64,000 nt of DNA, from NCBI GenBank assembly GCA_938049385.1, contig CALIBQ010000035.1:21278-85277 (forward strand), given 5' to 3'. The stretch comes from an uncultured Anaerolineae bacterium. GTDB taxonomy: Bacteria; Chloroflexota; Anaerolineae; JACIWP01. Position 1 is the first letter of the stretch, and each line of letters begins with the position of its first letter. Below, in pieces: positions 45,640 to 54,180 of the stretch. The position numbers and the translations under genes are program-made. The notes beneath the pieces are model-generated. The model worked only from the letters and a program-made list of their open reading frames with translations. It searched no databases and was not told the origin of the DNA.

Positions 45640-47109
45640 CTACTTGGTGCGGGAGCGCTCCCTAGCCTCAGCGGCTTCCAGAATCTGCTGGATTTTCTCG
45701 GCCGCGCCGTCGGGAAGAGGTACGGGCTTGTGCGATTCCAGGATGCGGTGCAGTTTGCGCTGGATGCGGTCCAGCATGGTAAGACTGCCGGCGGCCTCCC
45801 AGTTCACCCACGGATCGCGGTCCATCAGCGTCGGTATCCAGATTTCCGTGCGGCACAGCTTGGCTGTCTCTACCGCCGACATGAACTCGCCGCCCGGCCC
45901 TACCTGGTCAATCAGGTCCAGCATGATGGTCTCATCGGTGACCTCGATGCCGCGCATAATGCGGCGGGTCATGGCGATGATTTCATCGTTCATCACCAGC
46001 ATTTCCAGCGACCCAATATCCGCGCAGTCCAGGAATCCCACATCATGGACGAGGGTAGCGCCGCTCAGCGCCGAGAGCAGGACCTGGAAGGTGCTCTCGA
46101 TGGCTGCCTGCTGATCCACCACTTTGGCTTCGGAAGCGCCGGCGGTGCCCATGAACGGCAGGCCCAGGTAGCGCGAGATGTCGGACATGGCCGCGCTGTA
46201 AAGGCTCATCTCCGGTCCGCCGTACGCCGGCCGGCCCGTGCGCAGGTCCATCGGCTCCGGCACCCCACCAATGCACACCGGCGCGCCGCGCTTTTTCAAC
46301 TGCAGGATGGCCAGCCCGCTCAATGCCCCCGCCAGATATGCGACAATCAGGCCGGCGCCGGTCACCGGGCCGGTACTGCCGGCCGCCCCCCCGCCGATGT
46401 AAATCACAGGGATATCATGCTCCATGGCCCAGAAAACGTTTTCCAGGTCATGATCCGTGTGAATGAGCGGCGACTGCCAGGTGGAGAAGAAGCCGAACAG
46501 CGGCCGCCGGCGGAACGCTTCCGCGCTCCCCGTCACCGCCAGCGCAATGGCGTACAGGTCCTTGACCTGGTCCACCTGGAACGCCCAGGGCAGGACGGGC
46601 TTGGTCGTGTTGGCGATCATCTCGGCGTACTCATAGACCGAGGCCAAGGTATGGGTCACATCGCTGATCAGGCCCAGGGACATGACGTAGTCAATGTTGG
46701 GCAGGGCATCACAGACCAGTGCGGTCATGCCTGGGTCACCGCGGCGGGTCGGCCGGCGTTCCCCGGTATATGGGTCTATGAAATAGGTGCAGGTGGGGCC
46801 CGGGCCGTAATAGACCTTATCCGGGACGACGTGCAGGGCATGCCGGCCGTCGCGTCCCCAGATGGTGAAACTGCGCGGCGCGGCGGCAATGGCGTCCTGG
46901 ATAATATGCGGCGGGATGCGCACCCGCACCCCATCCACATCGGCGCCGGCCTTGGCCAGCAGATGCCGCGCCTCCTCGTTCAGCACGTTCACACCGGTGC
47001 GGGAAAGGCATTCCAGCGTCGCTTGGAACAGCTTCTCTATTTGCTCATCGGAAAGGACGCGGAACTGCGGCGTCTGAAGAGGGGCATAATTGGCATACAT
47101 CGCTACCAA
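45640..47109 (-). CDS. mttB: Trimethylamine/quaternary-amine:corrinoid methyltransferase, MttB superfamily, non-pyrrolysine (copy 2)
   Basis: LSDEQIEKLFQATLECLSRTGV, GPGPT, DLRTG...GGPE, GTAGASEAKVVDQQAAIE, GATLVHDVGFLD, SLEMLVMNDEI, VGPGGEF; no in-frame TAG. Confidence 0.9.
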   Translation of the reverse strand: MVAMYANYAPLQTPQFRVLSDEQIEKLFQATLECLSRTGVNVLNEEARHLLAKAGADVDGVRVRIPPHIIQDAIAAAPRSFTIWGRDGRHALHVVPDKVYYGPGPTCTYFIDPYTGERRPTRRGDPGMTALVCDALPNIDYVMSLGLISDVTHTLASVYEYAEMIANTTKPVLPWAFQVDQVKDLYAIALAVTGSAEAFRRRPLFGFFSTWQSPLIHTDHDLENVFWAMEHDIPVIYIGGGAAGSTGPVTGAGLIVAYLAGALSGLAILQLKKRGAPVCIGGVPEPMDLRTGRPAYGGPEMSLYSAAMSDISRYLGLPFMGTAGASEAKVVDQQAAIESTFQVLLSALSGATLVHDVGFLDCADIGSLEMLVMNDEIIAMTRRIMRGIEVTDETIMLDLIDQVGPGGEFMSAVETAKLCRTEIWIPTLMDRDPWVNWEAAGSLTMLDRIQRKLHRILESHKPVPLPDGAAEKIQQILEAAEARERSRTK

Positions 47110-47142
47110 TCCTTAATCATGAGATGAAGCTGGCCGGCATGG

Positions 47143-47469
47143 CTACGCCCGCAGGACAGCACTGCCGGTGAGCCAGACCGCATACACGACGATAAGCGTG
47201 CCAAGCGCGAAAAGGGCGGCTTTAAGCCGGCGGTCCGCCGCCGGCGAAATCCCCAGGTCCAGGATGATAGCGCGCACCCCCATCAAGGCGTGCGCCGTCA
47301 CTACCATCAGGAACACCGTCTCCAGCAAAAATATCACTGGATTCGATAAATAGTGTATCACATCGGCATAGGTGCGCAAGCCGCCCTCCACGACGAAATG
47401 GTTGGCGACCATATGCACCACCAGCAGGACGGTCAGCAGTATCCCCGAGAGTGCCTGCCATATCCACAT
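47143..47469 (-). CDS. sdhD: SdhD/FrdD-like hydrophobic membrane anchor
   Basis: WQALSGILL..LL.VHM, TYADVI..LSNP, AHALMGVRAIILD (heme His); 3 TM. Confidence 0.82.
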   Translation of the reverse strand: MWIWQALSGILLTVLLVVHMVANHFVVEGGLRTYADVIHYLSNPVIFLLETVFLMVVTAHALMGVRAIILDLGISPAADRRLKAALFALGTLIVVYAVWLTGSAVLRA

Positions 47470-47479
47470 CGCTGTGCCC

Positions 47480-47905
47480 TCACCCCATCATCAGAATCAT
47501 GCGCACGGCGACCGCGGTAAGCACAATAGAGAGCACGAAGGCCCCCCAGAACAGCTCAGCCTGCCGCCGGCTCCCCACGCCCAAGCCCAGCAGGATGACC
47601 CGCAGTCCGTTCAGGCCGTGATACAGCATGCCGAAGATGAGCACGCCGTCGAAGGCCACGAAAAGCGGCGAACGCGCCAATGCGATGAACGCATCCCATG
47701 CCTGCGGGCCGCGCGCCAGCGTGCTCAGCACTGTCAGGTGCAGGAAAAGGTAGAACACCAGCCCGATGCCGGTCAGCCGCATGAGGATGAAAGCCAGCCA
47801 GCCCTCGCGCCGGCCGTGCAGGTCCGCCCACGCCGCGGCGCGCCGCCACCAAGGCGTCCGAGCGACATGCTCCGAAACGGGCCGATAAGGGAGCGAGCGT
47901 TCCAT
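47480..47905 (-). CDS. sdhC: SdhC-like cytochrome b556 subunit
   Basis: FILMRLTGIGL..YL.LH, YHGLNGLRVIL (heme His); 3 TM. Confidence 0.85.
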   Translation of the reverse strand: MERSLPYRPVSEHVARTPWWRRAAAWADLHGRREGWLAFILMRLTGIGLVFYLFLHLTVLSTLARGPQAWDAFIALARSPLFVAFDGVLIFGMLYHGLNGLRVILLGLGVGSRRQAELFWGAFVLSIVLTAVAVRMILMMG

Positions 47906-47911
47906 CGGGCA

Positions 47912-48616
47912 TCACCTCCTTTGGGCTTCGGCGGGCTGACGCCGGCCGCGCAGGATCAGATAGCGCCTCAGCCAGCCGATGGCCTGCGATGGGTCCACAT
48001 GAGAGGGGCACACTTCCACGCATTCCATCACCGAGTGACAGCGCCAGGCGCCGTGGGCATCGCCGGCCAGCAGGCACAGGGAGCGGATATCCCTGCCGCG
48101 CGGCTCCTCCAGCAGACGCTTGATCATCGCCAGCGGCGAAGGCCCCAGGTACGCGCTGTCACTGCCCACCACGGGACAGGCGGACATGCATAGGCCGCAT
48201 TCGATGCAGTCCTCGAAGCGCGTGCCTTCTTCCCCGCCGGCGGTCAGCTCATCCCGCCGCACGTACGGCGCCTGGATGGCCGCCATGCGCTCCATCAGCG
48301 GCTTGACATCCACCACCAGATCGCCCACCCAGGGGAAGTTCCGCAGAGGCTCCAGGGTAACCGTCGCACCGTCCGGGAACTCCGCGATTGGCGTCAGGCA
48401 CATCAGCCGTTCGCGCCCGTTGACGCGCACACCGCACAGACCGCAGGAGGCGTGATGACAGGCATGCCGGAACAGCAGAGTCGGGTCCTGGGTCGCCCAG
48501 ACCTTCTGCACCGCATCCAGGATGTTCAGGTGCTCGTCCACAGTAATCCGATAGGTCTGGTAGGCCGCCGGCCGGCCGGGGCCACCGCGTAGAATGCACA
48601 GGTTCAGCGTCCGCAC
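47912..48616 (-). CDS. sdhB: SdhB/FrdB-like iron-sulfur subunit
   Basis: [2Fe-2S] ACHHASCGLC...LMC, LEPLRNFP.V.DLVVD, CIECGLCMSACP [4Fe-4S], WRCHSVMECVEVCP [3Fe-4S]; GTG start. Confidence 0.9.
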   Translation of the reverse strand: MRTLNLCILRGGPGRPAAYQTYRITVDEHLNILDAVQKVWATQDPTLLFRHACHHASCGLCGVRVNGRERLMCLTPIAEFPDGATVTLEPLRNFPWVGDLVVDVKPLMERMAAIQAPYVRRDELTAGGEEGTRFEDCIECGLCMSACPVVGSDSAYLGPSPLAMIKRLLEEPRGRDIRSLCLLAGDAHGAWRCHSVMECVEVCPSHVDPSQAIGWLRRYLILRGRRQPAEAQRR

Positions 48617-48645
48617 AATTCCCCTCCGAATGTCCAGGGTCCGGA

Positions 48646-49818
48646 TCAGACGTAAAAGGCATGATATGGCAGTAGCGGCACTTCGCGCGTGCGGCAGGGG
48701 TTGGTGATGCCCGTTGCCTCGTTGATGACATCCCCCATGACCTCGGCCATCAAGCGCGAGGTGGTGGTCTTGCCGCCGATAATGGAGAACAATCCGGGTG
48801 CACCGTCGCGCGCGTGGTTGAAGCAGGAGAAGCCGCGCGTGACGCCGCGCGCGCCAGGGTCTGCGGTCACCAATTGGCTGGATTCGTGGAGCAGCGGGCG
48901 CGCCGCGGCCGAAATCCCGCGCAGAGGGGCGGAGCGGAAGCCGGGGATGAACTCCTCGCCGGCCGCCAGCATTGCCTCGACCTGTTCGGGCGGAATGGCG
49001 ATGTAGTCCGGGTTTTCCACCGGCCAGGAAGTGGTGCCGACCACGGAGTTGCGCCGCTGGGGCACGATGATGCCGCCGTCACAGGGCGGGCAGAGCCGGT
49101 TGATGACGCGCCGCACCCACCGCCGGCCCACGGCGACCATCGTACCGGCCACCGGCAGGACGGCGATGTGCACGTGCGCCATGGCGCCGATGCGCCCGGC
49201 CCAGGGGCCGGCGGCATTGACCACCAGGTCCGCCCCGATGGCATATTCCCGCCCATCCCGACGATCGCGCACCTTCACCCCGCTCACCGAACGCCCGTTC
49301 CATACCAGGTCCACGACCTCGGTATAGGTGTGCACGGCCGCGCCGTGATGCTTGGCGGTTGCCAGGAAGGCCAGCGTGAAGTGGAAGGGATCAAAGACGC
49401 CGTCCTGCACCTTCACCGCCGCCAGGATGCGCGGGTTGAGGTTAGGCTCCAGCCGCAGGGCCTCTTTGATAGGAATCTCCTCCGCCGGCACGCCGGCCTG
49501 GGCGCATGCTTCGAGGAAGGCCTCTTTGTACGACAGGTCCTCCTCGTTCAGCGCCACGAACAGCCCGCCGTTCAGCTCCAGGATATCGGGCATGAGCTTG
49601 CGCATCAGCGCATTGTCCTCGGCGCACTCCCGCGCCGCCGGCGGGTCGTTCAGCACATAGCGCGCCCCGGAATGCAGTAGCCCGTGGTTGCGTCCTGTCG
49701 TCTCGCAGGCCACTTCACCCCGTTCGACCACGGTGACGCGGTAGCCGCGCAGGGTCAGGTCGTGGGCGACGGCGGCCCCGGTGGAGCCGGCGCCGATGAT
49801 GACCACATGCAGTGTCAT
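48646..49818 (-). CDS. glpA: GlpA-like FAD dehydrogenase (anaerobic glycerol-3-phosphate dehydrogenase subunit A family) lacking the C-terminal extension
   Basis: IIGAGSTG, DLTLRG..V.VVERG, TTGRNHGLLHSGARY, ARECAEDN, VVNAAGPWA, ARPL, GGKTTTSRLMAE...D; 390 aa, ending soon after CRTREVPL. Confidence 0.85.
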   Translation of the reverse strand: MTLHVVIIGAGSTGAAVAHDLTLRGYRVTVVERGEVACETTGRNHGLLHSGARYVLNDPPAARECAEDNALMRKLMPDILELNGGLFVALNEEDLSYKEAFLEACAQAGVPAEEIPIKEALRLEPNLNPRILAAVKVQDGVFDPFHFTLAFLATAKHHGAAVHTYTEVVDLVWNGRSVSGVKVRDRRDGREYAIGADLVVNAAGPWAGRIGAMAHVHIAVLPVAGTMVAVGRRWVRRVINRLCPPCDGGIIVPQRRNSVVGTTSWPVENPDYIAIPPEQVEAMLAAGEEFIPGFRSAPLRGISAAARPLLHESSQLVTADPGARGVTRGFSCFNHARDGAPGLFSIIGGKTTTSRLMAEVMGDVINEATGITNPCRTREVPLLPYHAFYV

Positions 49819-49851
49819 GAAGCCTCTCCAGCAAATGGGAACTGCCGCGTA

Positions 49852-51096
49852 TTATAGCCGAGAAAGGGCTTGGTCCAAATCGGCGATGATGTCCTCGGGG
49901 TCCTCCAGCCCCACCGACAGACGGATGAGGCCGTCATCAATGCCGGCGGCGGCGCGCTCCTCCGGCGTCATATGCTCATGGGTGATGGTCGCCGGATGCA
50001 TGCAGATGGTGCGGCTGGTGCCGAAGGTCACCGCGTGGATGATAAGCTGGAAGCTGTCGATGACTTTGGCCGCGCCGGCGATGCCGCCCGGCACTACAAA
50101 CGACAGCAGGCCGCCCTGTGCCTTCGCCTGACGCTTTGCCAGCTCATGTTGGGGGTGATCCGGCAGACCGGGATAATTGACCCAGCGCACCTTAGGATGA
50201 TCGCGCAGGAACTCCGCCACCTTCTGCGCGTTGGAGCTGTGCCGCTCCATGCGCAGGGAGAGCGTCTCGAGATACTGGAGGGTCAGCCACGATGACAGCG
50301 GGTCCATGATGGAGCCGACGAACTCCGTGGTGTTCCAGCGGATGTCCTCGCACAGGTCCTCCGGCCCGACGATGGCTCCGCCGATGACGGTAGCGTTGCC
50401 GGACAGAAACTTGGTGATGGAGAGCAGGATGATATCCGCGCCCAACTCCATCGGCTTCTGCAGGGCCGCCGTCAGCGTGGTGTTGTCCACCAGCAGGGGC
50501 ACGCCGTGCGCGTGAGCCACGTCAGCGACCGCCTTGATGTCGGTCACGAACAAGCAGGGGTTGCTGGGGGTCTCCACCCAGACCAGCTTGGTGCGTTTGT
50601 CGATCTGCTCCGCCCAGGAATCGGGGTTGGCCGGGTCCTTGACGAAGCGGAATTCCACGTTACAGCGCTCGGGGAAAATGCTGGAGGCCTGCTTGTATCC
50701 CTCGCCAAAGGTGTTGAGGGTCGTTACCACATTATCGCCCGGCCGAGCGATGGTGAAGATCAGGTTGAAGAGCGCTTGGGAGCCGGAGCCGGCCAACACA
50801 GCGCTCTCCCCGCCTTCCAGCGAGGCCAGCCGCTCTTCCAGCACCGCCGCCGTCGGGGTCTTGGTGCGGCCGTACACCGGATAAGGAATCTTGTCAAAGC
50901 GCTCGTAGGGATAGGTCATGGATTGGATGATGGGAACCGTGAAAGTATTGAACTTGCCCATATCCTTAAGCGGCCGAAAGCCGGCATGCAGGGCGCGCGT
51001 GTCGAATCCGAGATGTGCATCCGGCCGCCGGCGCTTCGGCGCCTTCGGGTCATATACCCACGGTTTGCGCATGAAGAACAGCTCTTCCTGGCTCAT
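49852..51096 (-). CDS. Cys/Met-metabolism PLP enzyme (cystathionine gamma-synthase / methionine gamma-lyase family), atypical active site
   Basis: TRALHAG, YGRTKTPT..VLEERLASLEG, SGSQA, VETPSNP, VDNT, LSITKFLSG (PLP Lys), VNYPGL, VTFG...TICMHPATITH, LIRLSVGLED. ATG 51096 with GGAGG SD. Confidence 0.9.
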   Translation of the reverse strand: MSQEELFFMRKPWVYDPKAPKRRRPDAHLGFDTRALHAGFRPLKDMGKFNTFTVPIIQSMTYPYERFDKIPYPVYGRTKTPTAAVLEERLASLEGGESAVLAGSGSQALFNLIFTIARPGDNVVTTLNTFGEGYKQASSIFPERCNVEFRFVKDPANPDSWAEQIDKRTKLVWVETPSNPCLFVTDIKAVADVAHAHGVPLLVDNTTLTAALQKPMELGADIILLSITKFLSGNATVIGGAIVGPEDLCEDIRWNTTEFVGSIMDPLSSWLTLQYLETLSLRMERHSSNAQKVAEFLRDHPKVRWVNYPGLPDHPQHELAKRQAKAQGGLLSFVVPGGIAGAAKVIDSFQLIIHAVTFGTSRTICMHPATITHEHMTPEERAAAGIDDGLIRLSVGLEDPEDIIADLDQALSRL

Positions 51097-51164
51097 TCTG
51101 ATTCTCCTCCGTTTGTTTCCATGACAGCGATTATGGAAGACATTTGGCGATCCCAAAGCCGGCA

Positions 51165-53240
51165 TCAGGCACTGCGGCGAATCACGGGATGAATGGCGTG
51201 CAGGGTGTCGGCCGGCAGATGACAGTAGATGATATGGTCCATACTCATGCGGCGAGCCGGCGGCTCCTCACGCTCGCAGATTTCCCCGATTTTGTAGGGA
51301 CAGCGCGTGTGGAAGCGGCATCCCGCCGGCGGATTCACCGGGCTGGGAATCTCCCCGCTTAAGCGGATGAACTCCTGCTTCAGCGTCGGATCCGGCCGCG
51401 GCACTGCCGCCAGCAGAGCGGCGGTATACGGATGGCTGGGGGGCGAGAAGATCTCCTCCACCTGGCCGTACTCCACGATCTTGCCCAAATACATCACCGC
51501 CACATAGTCGGAGAAAAAGCGCACACTGCTCAGATCATGCGATATCAGGATCATCGCCGTCTGATATTCCTGCTGTATCTCCTGCAGTAGCGTCAGCACC
51601 GCCGCCTGTACGGAGACGTCCAGCGCCGATACCGGCTCATCGCAGATGACCATCTTCGGGTTGGAGGCGATGGCACGGGCGATGCCCACACGCTGTTTCT
51701 CCCCACCGGAGAGCTGTCTGGGCAGGCGGTAATAATAGGTCTCGTTGAGCTTGACTGCCTCGAGCAACTGCACGACGCGTCCGTACACCTCGTCCGCCGG
51801 CACCACGCGGAAGCGCTTCAACGACATGGCGATCTGGTCGCCCACAGTGTAAGACGGGTTCAGTGTGCCGTCTGGGTTCTGGAAGACCATCTGGAGATGG
51901 CGGATGACCTCGCGCCGGCGGCGCTCCACCGGCTCATCCGAGATGTCAATGCCCAGAAACTCCATTTTGCCGCCCGTAGGCGCCTCCAGCCCCACGATGG
52001 TGCGCGCCAGCGAGCTTTTGCCGCATCCCGATTCTCCCACGATGCCCAGGGTATAGCCGCAGTCCACCGAGAGGCTCACGCCGTCCACCGCCCGCACGTA
52101 GCGCCGCTTTTCCAGACCGATCAGACTGCGCACGCTGGTGAAGGGCACCGGGTAATAGGTGCGGACATCCTCCACCTTGAGGATGGGTTCCTCGGCGGCC
52201 GGCTTGGCACAGACGTACGTGCTTGACTGCGCCGGCTTTTTCGTCCACAGCGGCGTCTCCAGCCACTCGCGCGCCCGCCAACAGCGGGAGAAATGACCCG
52301 GGGTAATCTCCTCGAAAGAGGGCCGGCCTTCCGAACACTCCGGCGCGGCATACTCACAGCGCGGGGCGAAGATACAGCCGGCCGGCACCTCGGCCGGCGA
52401 GGGCACCCGCCCAGGTATCGGGTGCAGTTCGCGCGTGCCGCGCGGGGCATCCACATCCGGCAGACAGCGCATCAGCCCCACCGTATAAGGATGCAGAGGG
52501 TGCGAGTAAATCTGCGCCGTGGGCGCTAGCTCCACCAGCTCGCCGGCGTACATCACGCCGACCTTGTCCGCCACGCGCGCGATGACCCCCAGGTTGTGGC
52601 TGATATACAGCGTCGCCGTGCGGAACTTCTCCTGCAATTCGGCCACCAGGTCCAGCACCGCCGCCTCCACCGTTACATCCAGCGCAGTGGTCGGCTCATC
52701 CATGATGAGCAGTTCCGGCTGGTTGAGCATGGCCATGGCGATGCAGACGCGCTGCTGCTGGCCGCCGGAGAGCTGATGGGGATAGCGGACAAGGATGCTC
52801 TCCGGCTCCGGCATATAGACATCCTCCAGGGCCTTGATACAGCGCCGGCGAATCTCATCCGCCGGCAGGTCCGCATGGGCCGCCAGCGCCTCGGCCAACT
52901 GCCGGCCGATGCGCATGGTGGGGTTCAGGGAGGACATCGGCTCCTGATAGACCATGGCGATATGGGCGCCGCGCAGTTCCCGCAGGCTTTTCTCGTCCAG
53001 GCTCTGCATGTCCTGCCCCTTGAAGATAATGCGCCCGTTGGTGATGCGGCCGTTCCTGCCCAGGAATCCCACCAGGGAATAGGCCACCGTGCTTTTGCCA
53101 CAGCCCGATTCCCCCACCAGCCCCAGGTTCTCCCCAGGCATGATCTCGAAGCTCACATCCCGCACCGCCTGGATGAAGCCCTTGCGGGTCTTATACGCAA
53201 TGGCCAGGTTCTGCACCGAAAGGATCGGCTCTTCCTTCAT
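51165..53240 (-). CDS. Fused DppD-DppF oligopeptide/nickel-type ABC ATPase
   Basis: Two NBDs (GESGCGKST / GESGCGKSS; LSGGQQQR / LSGGEKQR; DEPTT / DEPVS), each with a C-terminal Cys-containing oligo_HPY region. Confidence 0.93.
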   Translation of the reverse strand: MKEEPILSVQNLAIAYKTRKGFIQAVRDVSFEIMPGENLGLVGESGCGKSTVAYSLVGFLGRNGRITNGRIIFKGQDMQSLDEKSLRELRGAHIAMVYQEPMSSLNPTMRIGRQLAEALAAHADLPADEIRRRCIKALEDVYMPEPESILVRYPHQLSGGQQQRVCIAMAMLNQPELLIMDEPTTALDVTVEAAVLDLVAELQEKFRTATLYISHNLGVIARVADKVGVMYAGELVELAPTAQIYSHPLHPYTVGLMRCLPDVDAPRGTRELHPIPGRVPSPAEVPAGCIFAPRCEYAAPECSEGRPSFEEITPGHFSRCWRAREWLETPLWTKKPAQSSTYVCAKPAAEEPILKVEDVRTYYPVPFTSVRSLIGLEKRRYVRAVDGVSLSVDCGYTLGIVGESGCGKSSLARTIVGLEAPTGGKMEFLGIDISDEPVERRRREVIRHLQMVFQNPDGTLNPSYTVGDQIAMSLKRFRVVPADEVYGRVVQLLEAVKLNETYYYRLPRQLSGGEKQRVGIARAIASNPKMVICDEPVSALDVSVQAAVLTLLQEIQQEYQTAMILISHDLSSVRFFSDYVAVMYLGKIVEYGQVEEIFSPPSHPYTAALLAAVPRPDPTLKQEFIRLSGEIPSPVNPPAGCRFHTRCPYKIGEICEREEPPARRMSMDHIIYCHLPADTLHAIHPVIRRSA

Positions 53241-53285
53241 GCGTCTTTCTTCCCATGGATGATAGCGTCTGTGCCGGCCGGCTTC

Positions 53286-54167
53286 TCACTGGTACCGCAT
53301 CGTTTCCTCGCGCAGGCCGTCGGCGAACAGGTTCAGCCCAACGACCAGCGTGACGATGGCCACCGTCGCGGACAGCACTGGCCAGACATTGGTGGTCATA
53401 AACTTATGCCCTTCCTGGACCATCCCGCCCCAATCAGGTGTGGGCGGCGGCAGACCCAGGCCGAGGAAGCCCAGCGTACCGATATAGAAGGCGGCATAGC
53501 CGATGCGCAGGAGCAAATCCACGATCAGCGGTCCGCGGCAGTTGGGAAGTATTTCGCGGAACATGATGTGGACAGGACGATCCCCGCGCAGGCGCGCCGC
53601 GGCGATATATTCCCGGGTGCGGATATCCAGCGTCAGGGCACGGATAAGACGCGCAATGCCCGGCGCACCACCGATGGCGATGGCGATGACCACGTTGACA
53701 GGAGATGCGCCCACCGCCGAAATGATAATCATATACAGGAGGATGGTAGGGAAGGCCATGATGGAGTCGAGGATGCGCATCACGACCTCGTCCACCCAGC
53801 CGCCGAAGTAGCCGGCCGGCAGGCCCAGTATCATGCCCAGCAGAAAAGCCACCCCCACCGAGATGGGCGCCAGGAGCAGGATGGTGCGAGCGCCAAAGGC
53901 CACGCGCGCCCACACATCCCGCCCCAGATGGTCGGTCCCCAGAATGTGTTGCGGCGATGGGCCTTTATTCACATTCTTATAGTCCTGTTCGTACGGCGTG
54001 TATTGAGTCAGGTACGGGGCAAAAATCGCGATGAAAACCCATATCAGCACAATGGCCAACCCCAGCACCGCCGTCGGGGAGGAGAATATCAGCCCCACCC
54101 CTTCTTTGAAGCGCCGCCAGCGCAGTTGTGCCGGCGTGATGCGTATGAACGTGCTCTCTACAGCCAT
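53286..54167 (-). CDS. DppC/OppC-type ABC permease
   Basis: HILGTDHLGRDVW, EYIAAARLRG, ILPN, FLGLGLPPPTPDWG. Confidence 0.93.
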   Translation of the reverse strand: MAVESTFIRITPAQLRWRRFKEGVGLIFSSPTAVLGLAIVLIWVFIAIFAPYLTQYTPYEQDYKNVNKGPSPQHILGTDHLGRDVWARVAFGARTILLLAPISVGVAFLLGMILGLPAGYFGGWVDEVVMRILDSIMAFPTILLYMIIISAVGASPVNVVIAIAIGGAPGIARLIRALTLDIRTREYIAAARLRGDRPVHIMFREILPNCRGPLIVDLLLRIGYAAFYIGTLGFLGLGLPPPTPDWGGMVQEGHKFMTTNVWPVLSATVAIVTLVVGLNLFADGLREETMRYQ

Positions 54168-54180
54168 GTTCCTCTCCCGG

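Noticed and set aside
47143-48616. Annotating the locus as an ordinary succinate dehydrogenase with a missing or pseudogenised sdhA
   Set aside because: There is no sdhA remnant; only 29 bp separate the intact GlpA-like gene from sdhB.
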